Position numbers and translations under genes: made by a program. A stretch of 64,000 nucleotides of DNA, taken from the NCBI RefSeq assembly GCF_009914755.1, contig NC_060933.1. One strand, written 5' to 3'. The stretch is from the human T2T-CHM13v2.0 reference genome, Homo sapiens. The notes under the pieces are model-generated. The model was not told where the DNA came from and ran no database searches. It was given only the letters and a program-made list of their open reading frames with translations. Of this stretch, positions 1 through 11,992 are shown piece after piece; position 1 is the first letter of the stretch; the number at the start of each line of letters is the position of its first letter.

Positions 1-10
1 ATTGATTTCT

Positions 11-384
<374 letters not shown>

Positions 385-854
385 TTATTCAATGCACTGT
401 CTCCTGCAGGCTAGTGAGGCCCGAAATCAGAAAAGGAGCAGTTTGCTCCAAAGGTTGCTGTCTTTACCCTTGTGAGCTGGGCATCATCAGCCACAATCTC
501 TGACCTTTGTGCTTTTTCCAGACAAGTCTCAGAAACCAGGTCTCATGGCTCTCAAGTTCCAGGAGGGATAGCCAGTGTCTCTCAGTGGTGTCTGGAAGCC
601 CCCTTGCTTGATGGGAAGGGTGAATGCAAGCGCCCTCCTCATCCTGATGGAGAGTGCATAGTGGCACAGTGACAGCTTCTGAAGAATTATGCTTTACTAT
701 GCCAGCCTTTTTCATCATTTAGACCCTGCAAGTGGGTGACTGGCCAATCCTGACTATCTTAGTTTCAAATTCACAAACCTTAGCTGGTTGTCCACAGTTG
801 ATGTAACTCCTTGCTTTAGTGTTTGGCATTGATTTCAATGTTCTAGACTGTGAT

Positions 855-1167
855 GACTACTGTGGTACCACTAGCCACATGTGGCTTTTCAAAACTTAAC
901 ATGCAGTTAGTCCTAACTGAGCTGTGCTGTCATTTAGAAACTACCAATTGTGATAATTTGGTAAGATAAAAATGTAAAAAATATCATCAATGCATTTTAG
1001 ATTGGTTTTGTGTTAAAATAATAACACTTTGCATATATTAGGTTAAATAAAATATAGCATTAAGATTACTTTCACCAGTTTCTGTCTATATTTTTAAAAT
1101 ATGACCACTAGGAAATTTGAAACTACCTATGTGGTGTGTTTATACTTGTATTGTGTGGGCAACTGCT
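855..1167. mobile_element. hAT-Charlie DNA transposon relic (MER33-like)
   Basis: ccactagccacatgtggct, gttaaataaaatata and ccactaggaaatttgaaactac motifs resemble MER33. Confidence 0.75.
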
Positions 1168-1273
1168 TTATCAGATCCAGCCAGAGTCCCATTTAAACAG
1201 GAAATTTTATCACCCAACCACCTTGAGGATCAGGGGATTAGTTCAGCCTATCTGATTAAAATATCTGTTAGTA

Positions 1274-1646
<373 letters not shown>

Positions 1647-1989
1647 CTATAGATGCTCACAGGTTTCAGGAACTTGCAACCAGGAAGAGCCTTGGTAAAC
1701 ACCCTAGGCTTTGGTTGGAACTCAGAAGTCTCCACCTTAGGAGTGAGAATGCCCTGGAAACAGCCCTCTCCAAAGGTTCAGGTTCCTGAATTCCTGGTTC
1801 TCTAATTGGATGAAGGTGATGCAGGAGTGCTAATGCTTCTTTTCCTAGCTTCCTGACAGAAGCAATATCTTCCTGCAGGAAGATTTTATCCTCTAGAGAC
1901 CAGAATGAGCACTACAATTTTCTATCACCGTGTTTCTCACTCAATCAAAAATAATTGGGCATTCAAGGAGAGAAAACCTGACCCGACTA

Positions 1990-2250
1990 GAAAAGAAAAG
2001 AAACAATGAAAAGAGATCCACAGAACATTCAGATGATGAAGTTATCAAGCAGGGACATTAAAACAAATATAATTAATATGTTGGAGGCATTAAAAGACAG
2101 GATTGAATGCTTTAGTAGAGGACAAACATATAAAAAAATAGAATACACATACTGGAAATAAAAAAATACAGCAGCTGAAACTGAGAGAAATTAGTGGGTG
2201 AGTTTAACAGCCATTAGAGAGAGAGAAAGCGTGAACTAATGAAGTAGAAG
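1990..2250 (+). mobile_element. Old L1M fragment (ORF1 region)
   Basis: A-rich, resembles degenerate L1M ORF1 (attcagatgatgaagttatca ... gagtttaacagc). Confidence 0.5.
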
Positions 2251-2399
2251 GGAGATTTTTTTTTCTCTGACATTTTATCAGAAAACGAAGTCATTACTGG
2301 AGATTTCTTTTTTTAAACTGGAAGCTTTATAACAAAATATGCTTTATACCGAAATATACCGAAAGGATACACTTTCTCCCCTCTGCTGTGTCAAAAAAG

Positions 2400-3360
2400 T
2401 TCTATTTTTTCTCATAATAGGTCCTCATACATGTGCTATTGTGTTCTTACTAAGTATTTGATAGGATTTTTGCTATTTGCTATCATGAATGGGACATTCT
2501 TAGTAAATTATTCTAAGATGTATTCAATTGATTCTCTTGAACTGTTAAAGTATAATCTTGGCTGCAAATCAGGATACGTAGTCTTGTTCTTTCCAACACA
2601 CATGGCTGTTTCTTAATTTACAGATATGATCCCATTTCTAGATTAAACACTTGTGGTGAATATTTTTTAAATAATTATTAAATTTGATGTCTGCTGCAGA
2701 TTTTGGTATATACATTTTATTGGGTTCAGAGGTTGTATTTTATCCTGGATTTCCTTGTTTGATTGTATAACAATGAGAATCGATGTCAAATTTTACCTAT
2801 TGCTTTCTTTTCAGGAGATTTATTAAGATGTTCTAATTGCTTAATATAGTGGATTTTATCAATACACTTTCTAATAATCAGCCATTTTCTATTCCCAAGA
2901 TAGTCCTTTAGGTCATGAGATATGATTGTTTCACTATGCTGCTGTTTTTTTCTTGTAGTTGCATCTATGGCAGTATTATTGCATCTATTTTAAGAAGTAG
3001 AGTTTGTCTACAGGTTTTGTTTTGTGTGCTATTCTCATCTACTTTTGATATCCAAATTATGATAGCCTCATAGAATAATGAACTTGAAATCTTTCCTCTC
3101 TCTGGAGAAAATCTGGAAGAAACAGAAGCCAACATTAAAATCATGTGTGCTGGATCTCGTAAAAAGCAGAATTTTCACATGACTCTCTTCTTCTTTTTCA
3201 TTTTTCTATCTTAAAAATCCTCCCTACCTTTCTATAACTTCTTAATGCTAATGTTGCCAATTTAACCATCTTTAGGAAATAACTCATTTCATTTCAGTTT
3301 TCAAATGCATTGGCAAACACTTCAATATCCTTCCCCAAATTTGTAAACATTATATATCTG
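2400..3360 (-). mobile_element. Old L1M/L1ME ORF2 fragments
   Basis: T-rich antisense L1 motifs (tgctatcatgaatggga; ttttgatatccaaattatgatagcctcatagaat). Confidence 0.6.
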
Positions 3361-4167
3361 TAATATAATGTGTGCATGTGTTGAGAGAGAGATTAGATTT
3401 ACTGAAATCTAAGTTGCTCTTGCTTAAAAGACATATAATTATTTTACAAATTACAAAGAAATAATAAAAGCTGCTGGCTGCCAGTTTACCTATAACAAAT
3501 GCATTTTTGATCATTTAGAATATTTACTTTAAAATATTTGATAGAGATCTTTTACTTAGTCTTCTTTAGATGTGTAGAGTTCTGGTGCAGTGGTATGGTT
3601 ATACACACATAAAAGGGAAAATATGCTGGTTAAAATGTCCCTAATGCACCCTTACAGCAGGGCCCTCTGCTCTGAATTACTTCTGGAGCTGCCTCCTCCA
3701 TTATCTCCCCAGCTCTTCTCTTGGCTCCATCCCTCCCCTCCTCTGGAACTTCTCTCCGCCACTGGGCTTTTCTCAGAAGGACATCTGGTGCTGAGGTCCA
3801 GAGTCCCACAGGCACTGTGTCCCAGGGCAGATGTGCCAAGTCCCAGGAGGAAAACTTCAAAGCTCCATTTTTTATGTTTCTCTCCTATGAGGGTCTGGCT
3901 GCCAAAGTCACCAGCCCTACGCAAGCAAGCTGAAGACAGAACCTGTCACCTCAAGGGATTCTCACAGTGTCCTTTCAGATTTGGTGTTTTCCCTGATAGG
4001 GAGGGAACCACGAGTCAGGGTCCTTTAGAGGCTTTTCACAAAGCCTCTCCTATGATAACCTTTGGTTTTATAGAAGCAACATCGAATTGTAAAATGGTGG
4101 AGTTAAAGTAACAAGCAACTTTAAAAGGCAATAAAATACCAAGATTATACCCTTAATGGAAGTGGCA

Positions 4168-4350
4168 GACCTAATGTTGAGGACTACTTTAAAGAAGGGT
4201 TATTTTGTTCTTAACAGATAACATGGAGACAGTGTAATACTTTCTTAATGTGCAATGAGGACCTAATTTTGAGGACTACTTTAAAGAAGGGTTATTTCGT
4301 TCTTAACAGATAACATGGAGACAGTGTAATACTTTCTTAATGTGCAATGA
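4168..4350. repeat. Tandem duplication, period 92 bp, 2 copies
   Basis: 4168-4258 and 4260-4350 are identical at 89/91 positions. Confidence 0.97.
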
Positions 4351-4569
4351 CTCGAATTTATTGCTGGAGAAAAAGCACCATCTTAAACATTGATCTGAAG
4401 CATCTTATCTCACATGCTGGAGGTCTTGGAGTTGTGTGACTTCTGCTGTTCTATGTAATTACTGACGTGGCTTGAGGGGAAAGTGGGACTGCTCTAGTGG
4501 GGAGAACAGATGCAGAACCTGTTCTGGAGAACCTCACATACATTGAAGGTGCTGCTTTAAGAAAGTCCT

Positions 4570-4876
<307 letters not shown>

Positions 4877-5635
4877 GAAAGTCCTATGCTGAATGCCAGG
4901 AAAAGGAACCAGCACTGAGAAGTGCTAGCATGAGCCGTAGGAGGGAGTCAATGCCTAATGTTTGACTGCCAGTGAGGATAACAGCAGTACTGATTTTAGA
5001 GGATAATTTGGAGCATTAAATTAGGCTAATGTAAAATTGTCAGCTTGTCTGTTTCAATATTTTCATGCTCTTCTCATGTTTTGTTTTGTCTTGGCTTATG
5101 CACTGATCACCACCCCCCCATGACGGGGGTGGGGATACACTACTGTCAGTTTATAAAGATGAAGGAAAGCCAAATACCATCTGTGTGAATCCTACCAAGC
5201 TGAAAGGTTGCAGGATGGGGTGGTTGTGCCTACAGAGGAAAGCCTTGGGCATCAAGAAATCATAACCAATCACTTCTCCCCACACTATGAAGTGCTTAGC
5301 TATGGGAGAGGCATTGGGTAACAGTCCAATACATGTTAGCTGCATTGCTGTGTTGTTATTGTCATGAATGTTTGCTAATGTATAACAACTACATCCCTTT
5401 GATATCAGCTTATATTAAACCCACAATTACCCTAACAAGTTCTCATGTAATTTTGGGAAGAGTGTTAGACATCTGGTTCCAGGGACCTAAATAATGTGAT
5501 TATCTCCTCATCTTTATAAATGGAGACCAACAGTTTCTAAAGATTTTGTGTCCCTCAAAGCAAATTCTTTGTTTTCTTAATGCAGAGGAGTAAAGAAAAC
5601 AATCTCTTAGGAGTTTAGAAACAGGGAGCTTATGT

Positions 5636-5957
5636 TTATTTATGTATTTATTTACTTATTTATTTTTTTGAGACAAGGTCTCATTCTGTTGCCTTGGCTG
5701 GAATGTAAGGACATAATCATGACTCACTGTAGCCTTGAACTCCTGGGCTCAACAGATTTTCCCATCTCAGCCTCAGAGTAACTGGGATTACAAGTGCACA
5801 CCACCATGCCCAGTTAATTTGTAAACATTTTTCTTTTTGTAGAGACGAGGTCTCACTATATCAATCAGGCTAGTTTCGAACTCCTGTCCTCAAGTGATCC
5901 TCCCACCTCAGCCTCCCAAAGTGCTGGGATGACAGATGTGAGCCATCTCACCCAGCC
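5636..5957 (-). mobile_element. Alu SINE (AluJ)
   Basis: AluJ-type motifs (cactgtagccttgaactcctgggctca, gtgatcctcccacctcagcc), (TTTA)n tail. Confidence 0.9.
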
Positions 5958-7901
5958 AATCTTTATTTTTCATTTTGCTTTAAAAAAAACAGCTCACACT
6001 TGCTTGAATTTTGTTAACTTGATAAGTTGCCTCAAGCAGCAACAGAGTCTAAAATGTACAGACAAACCCAGCAATGAAAATCACTGCTTGAGGAAGATTG
6101 TAACAGCTTGAACCTGGCAAACAGTAAATAAGACTGGGTCATTTTCATCCTTTTATACCCATCTGGTGGTGGTGGTTAGTTTTCTAAAAGGGTAGAGTAC
6201 TCCGAAGTTTCTGTGGTCTGGTAAATTTTGGGTCTGTGGTTACGCGACTGATTTTAATCACATCTCTACTCTGGGATACCCCAATACCTGAGGGTTAACT
6301 GTCTGGGTACCCAGTAATATCACTGAATCTTCAAATCCTGGACAGAAAACTCAGATGAAGTGGTTAGTCACCGTGTCATGGCTGGACAGTTAATGGGTGC
6401 TTCATTCTAGCTGAGCTGAATCCAAGTCAAAGACCTAACCAAAAGGGGAGGGCACAGAAGTAAGGGCTTTTTTTTTTTTTTAATGAACTTCCCCTTTGAC
6501 AGCTGAGGGCTCACAGATTTCAGGGGGGTGAATTTCTAGGACCCTGTCTGGTAGAAGGGGAAGACTTCTCAGCACTAGGACAGGGAGTGGGACACTCTTC
6601 CTTCATAACCACCTTGGGGAGTTCACAACTGCTTTTCCCCTAGAGAAGAGGCAGACTATAAATACAGAATGAAACTAGAATATTTCTCTAATAGGGAAAA
6701 TTATTTTTTCTCCTCCTCCTTTTTCACTTGACTTGCTTTTGGGCTAAACAAGATTCCTCTGCTTCCCCCACCAAGTTATTTCTATACTGACACAGTGAAT
6801 ACTGGATCTTCCACCTTCCCAAGAGAAAGATGAAGGAAATTGGTGGTCTTTTAAAAAGGCAAATCAAAATGCATTCTTGCCAGGTTCTTTTATTTTTCCA
6901 CATCATTTTCCCTAATACTAGAATATCTTCCCTAGCTACTCCGGTTCAGTTGAAAACAAAGCTGAAGTACAGCAGTTTTGATCTCAGTGTTGGTGGAAGC
7001 CCTCCCTACTGCCAGCTCTCCTTTGGGGAAGGTGGGAGACAGAGAACATTGATTTTCAGAGGCTGGGGTCCCTCTCAGCTTCCCTACTACAGGCGGTCCA
7101 TGAAGACCCTGTCCCCTATTCTCCTCCTTCCTCTGCTTCTCTCCTCCTGAAGTCCTGAAACCCAAAGCCAATATATTTGCTTCTTCTGTATTCAGCAAAT
7201 GCCTAGGATTATCATTTACATTTAGCAAAATGCTAATGAGGACCTAATTATAATTCCATATTTAAAACCATTAGACCCCGAGATACTGTATTATTCACTC
7301 ACCCACCCCCCAGTTGTTTTTTAAGTGTGGGGAAGAAAGGCAGAAAGAGGTTCTTCTCTGGTCTAGGTGGTTTAAGTAAAAGCCATCCTCAGGCCCAGAA
7401 AAACAGAATTGCAAAGGCACTTAGGTTTCAGAATTTGAGCTGGAAGATGTAACCGCACAGGGGGCCAGGAGCAAGGTGACTGAGGGAGGCTTTGGCTGGA
7501 AATGCATCCCACCTGCCCAATGGTGCAGCTTGTGTACAAGTGTTGGGGGTGGGCAGCCAGCAGCTTCTTCACACAGAGGCCCCCGCTCCCAGCTGCCTGG
7601 CTCTGCCTGCCTGAGTGTCCAACAGCGTGTTGATACAACTCTCTTCATGGTGGCCTGAGCTCACTCTAACCCTCTTGAACAGGGCATTTGGGAAAGCAGG
7701 TTTAAAAACTCAACCACTTCTTCCTTCTGAATGGCTGCAGCAGCCTGATTTTCATGTGGCCTAGAACATTCTGCCAGGCTCTTCCACAACAGTGAAGCCG
7801 AAGGCCCCATGCTCTGAGATGAGCTGGTAGGGCAGTGAGAGGCAGCTTCTGCTGAGCCTGTTTGCACTCTGTCATCCACATGGTGCAGCATGCCTGACAC
7901 C

Positions 7902-8367
7902 TGTGAAAGGAAAATAAGAGCTCAGGACCCCAGTTCACAGTGCCAAAAGGAAAAACATGAGCAGAAAGCTGAGGCATGCAAGAAGCTGCCTTTCCTTTTG
8001 TTCCTCAGCAGACAGCTACAGATCAAGGTGAAACATCTCCACAGTTAGCTGCTCTATGTTCACCATATCTTATGTAAAGTGCTGACTTACTGAGCCCAAG
8101 ATTAATATGTCATGGACTATTCCTCTGCCTGCTCCTTTTCTCTTGCCACATGTGAATTCTGTTATGTGACCATAACCTCCCTCTTTCTCCTCCAGCCTGC
8201 TTGTCCCCTTTAAATACTCAAAAGCCCTCAAAAGCATCTTTGGAAAAAGACATAGACCAAACTGTTTCTATGATTCCGTGTTTGTTTCTTCCAGGCATGT
8301 TCTTAACATTGGCAAAATACACTTTTAAACTGATTGGGAGCTGTCTCAGATACTTTTTTGGTTTACG
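7902..8367 (+). mobile_element. ERV1 solo LTR, MER4C-like, inserted in the pseudogene 3'UTR
   Basis: Begins TGTGAAAGGAAAATAA, ends ttggtttacg (terminal CA mutated to CG), 466 bp, 4-bp TSD cacc at 7898-7901 and 8368-8371. Confidence 0.88.
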
Positions 8368-8397
8368 CACCCAACCTGCCAGGTGCCACCTGGCCTG

Positions 8398-9670
8398 CTA
8401 TATGGGGAAGAAGTAATCTCTATTGCTGATGTCATAAGGCCTCCACGGGTCCCTGGCATCTGGTCAGCCGTGGCTGGGGGTGGTGTCCATTCCAAGGCTG
8501 CTGGGGGACACTGAAGGGAGATGAGAGGAACAAGCACTGGGGTGGTTCTAGGTCTCTCTAGGACCAGCCACCCCAAAGAACACAACCAGTGCATCCTGAT
8601 CTTATCTTCTTTCAGACCCTGCAACTTCCACGTCTTCTTTAACCCAGAAAGCTTGTTGCATTTGCAGAATCTCTGGGGAGAATATTATCATCATCTTTAT
8701 TAGTAGTAGGTGTTTGCATGGAGGTGGTCTCAGCTGGAGGACTCCTGGAGTCTGCCCAAAGGGTTCCCATGACCTCTGGGCTCCACTTACTTCACAAGCC
8801 TTGCCCCAGCTCCTCCTGGGCCTGAAGCTGTGTCTGGTGCCTCATGCCTTTCCAGGTGTTGTGAATGACACACTGATGTTGGAGATCCTTGGCCATCCAT
8901 GTTATGAACATTTTTGACTATTTAGCCAGGTATCAAAGCTCAAACCATAGTCTGTAGAAATATAAGTTCCAGGAGTGGGGGTCTTGCTAGGTGACGTTGA
9001 GCCAGCAGGGCTTTCTGGCCACAGCAATGACTGTGATGTTGACAGGTGGGTCGGACTGCAGGATTCCATAACCCTCTAATATTTGGGTTTTGCTGAACTT
9101 GCTCCCAATACTGTTGGTGACACACAGGGACACTGTATAGAAAGAGTAATCTCCCTCTGGCACTGCCAACTGGCAGAACTTCTGGGACTCCTGAGAATAC
9201 TGACACGGCTCCTGGAAGAGTTCTGCCTGACAGTTCTGAAACTTTCTCACCAATAGCACAGCTTTGACTCAGAACCTTGACTCCAAGGACTCTATTCACA
9301 ACCAATGTCACTGAGGGGGCTCTTCCAGAAGCAGGAGAGCTGAGGCTCCTCAGGAGAAACATCCACCAACAAAGCACAGACCTGCTGGGCAGCCAGCCCG
9401 GCAGCAAGAATAGTTTCCAGAGTCGCAGAGCTGCACCAACCTCAGAAGCAGCCTCCTTCCCACACCAGCCCATCTGCTGGGGCGTGAGCCTGCGCTGGGA
9501 GTCCTGTGCAACCAGTGGACAGTGGCATGATTTTCAGGTTCTCCCTCTGGACAGGTCAGGGGAATGCAGTATCCTGGTCAGCACATCACTCACTGCCTCC
9601 AGCGTAGGGCAGCCTCTTGGGCCAGCACTGCCCGCAGTGTGGCCAGCAGCACTCAGCTGATGGCCAGCAT
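8398..9670 (-). pseudogene. IL6RP1: Disabled IL6R CDS homology within the pseudogene
   Basis: GGAAGC-ATG at 9670 reads ATG CTG GCC ATC AGC TGA (stop at codon 6); further stop TAG at 8989-8987 replacing Trp of VTWQDP; frameshifts; parental-position TAG at 8400-8398. Confidence 0.92.
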
Positions 9671-9905
9671 GCTTCCTTCTTGGCTAATGCCCAGTGGTCC
9701 CAGAGAGGTGGATGGACTGGTGGGAACCAGGAGGCAGAGGCAGGGTGACAGGTGGGCAGGTGGGCTCAGGACAGGGGGCAGCCCCCATTCGGTTCCCTCT
9801 GGCCCCGCCCAGCCTGGCTCAGTAGGGGTCAGTGCGATTTCCCACTCCCATAACTTGGAGCAGTGACGGGTACTGACAATGCAGGAAAACATCTTGAAAT
9901 TCACT

Positions 9906-10330
9906 TTGTAAAGTGACTTGGCTAGACCAATTTATTTTCCCATCAATAGTGAAAAAGAGGACCTGTTTCTTCCCAGTCTTGACCTATTAGTGAGATACGA
10001 AATGTTGATTTTTTGCCAGTCTAACAGGTATAATTTTAATTTGCATTATTTTATAATGATATTCTAGTATTTTCTGAACAATCTAAGTTCTTCATTTAAT
10101 GAAGTAGAACATTTTAAATATTTTTATGAGTTTGTAAAATTTGAGTCTTGTTTAAAGAGCTTTCTCATCCCCAAGCTGATACAGATAACTTCCATCATCA
10201 TCTAATAGTTTATAATTTTGCCTGTTATAATTGCTTATAATACTTTTATACTTTTTTACCTTGCTTTTTAGTTAACGTTCGAGGCTCCTTTCAATGTTCT
10301 CAACTCTTCAAACAAGTGTTCTTTCTGGAA
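9906..10330 (-). mobile_element. Old L1ME ORF2 3' fragment
   Basis: tttttgccagtctaacaggt..ttttaatttgcatt antisense L1 motifs. Confidence 0.6.
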
Positions 10331-10679
10331 AAGGTATTATTCTATTTTAAATTTTATCAGTTTTCTGCCTGCAGTTGGGAATACCATGCTAAGTGCTCTG
10401 CCTGGTAAAGTCAGTGTATATTATACTCTTTAGCACAGCTATAAGATCATTGCATAACAAAGACATGCTTTGCCTTCTAATCTCATAACAAAATGATCTA
10501 CACTCCACTCTGGCTTGAAAGTGTGACTTTTGGAGTCCGCTTTTCTCCTCTTCTCTTGGCAAACGTAAGAAGATGCATTGAAATTAAATGACTAAAATGC
10601 CATAGGATGGCATCGCAAGCAGCGCTGGAAGGCCGTCACTGCAATTTGTAGTGCACCAGAGTGCAAGGCAAGGAGAACG

Positions 10680-10951
10680 CACATCTGGTCTTGGCCGCAG
10701 CTGCTCAGCCCTGTTGTTAGCGTTGCCCTGGGCGAGCAGCCATGAACAGTACACAAGTGAATGAACAAGACTGTGTGCCAATAAAACTTTACTTATCGAC
10801 ACCAAATTTGAATTCCACGTAATTCTCACATGTCATAAAATGTTACTCTCATTTTGATTTTTTAAAAAAAAAACCATTTGAAAATGCACAAATGGTTCTT
10901 CTCTGGAGAGGATACAAAAGCAGCAATTGCGCTATAGTTTGCCAACCTCTG
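10680..10951. mobile_element. MER58B-like hAT-Charlie element
   Basis: ctgtgtgccaataaaactttac; terminus tagtttgccaacctctg. Confidence 0.75.
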
Positions 10952-11037
10952 CTGTAGGATAGCTTTTCCTACAAGAGATTTGTGCAATTATGCCTGCATC
11001 AATTATAAAGTATATTATGCTTTTCATACTAAGTGCA

Positions 11038-11470
11038 ACTTCATTAATTCATTGGATAAAAATGTGTTCAGTGTCTGGCAAACGACAAGGAATAGACCAG
11101 GCGTAGGGATATGGCAGGAGTGAGCCGCTCAGCATGGCTGCCTTTACGAGGCTTTCAGTCCAAGCTCAGTACTATTTATGCATAAAGTTCCAGAAATAAA
11201 TGATTTATCTTTGGACTTCCACTGAAATTAGTGGGTAAAATCAACAAATAGCCATTTCCAAAATGATACGTTAAGTACTGAGATAGAGGTAAGCACCACA
11301 CCTTATATAAGCACATGAGAAAAATTCTAACTTAGAATGAGATAATAGAACCGTGAACATTTTTCCTAGAACTGAATATTGAGCTGCCTCTTGAAGTACA
11401 AGAAATATGTGTCAAATAATGGAGGAAGGAGCATGGTGGGAAGTAGCATTTGTAAAGAGAGATCAAACAG
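11038..11470 (-). mobile_element. L2 3'-end fragments
   Basis: ttcattaattcatt tail motif followed by degenerate L2 3' sequence. Confidence 0.5.
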
Positions 11471-11703
11471 ATAACAACATCAACCTAAATGTGGGATTGT
11501 AACATCCATTTTCTTAAGGGATTCCTCAGGATCAAGTGCAAGTTCAATCAGAACCCCAGTCTCTGGTTACATTTCTTTTCCAAGGAGATGGGGCAGCTCT
11601 GAGGACGGATGATTTTAGACCATACAGTAGGATAAATATCTAAGACTTATTAGGAAGAATAGAAATAAAATAATGTATTTTGGGTGTGGGGTTGGAGGTT
11701 CTG

Positions 11704-11992
<289 letters not shown>

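Larger units (their letters stand above)
5960..9905 (-). pseudogene. IL6RP1: Processed pseudogene of interleukin-6 receptor alpha (5'UTR + CDS + 3'UTR, intronless)
   Basis: Minus-strand translations match IL6R (LLVRKFQN..FQEPCQYSQESQKF..QLAVPEGD..GSKFSKTQ; ERPRTTPVLVPLIS; PYDISNRDYFFP*). No introns. 5'UTR similarity to ~9905 and 3'UTR similarity to ~5990 against the recalled IL6R mRNA; AATAAA on the minus strand at 5967-5962. The exact 3' end is uncertain. Confidence 0.93.

Noticed and set aside
3590-4111. 173-aa ORF
   Set aside because: No recognisable homology, splice context or promoter; length expected by chance.
4168-4350. CRISPR-like array
   Set aside because: Two adjacent long copies, no spacers, no cas genes, eukaryotic context.
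8987-9259. 90-aa IL6R-like ORF as a functional gene
   Set aside because: Fragment between disablements; GTG start, no signal peptide, stop at codon 6 after the true ATG.
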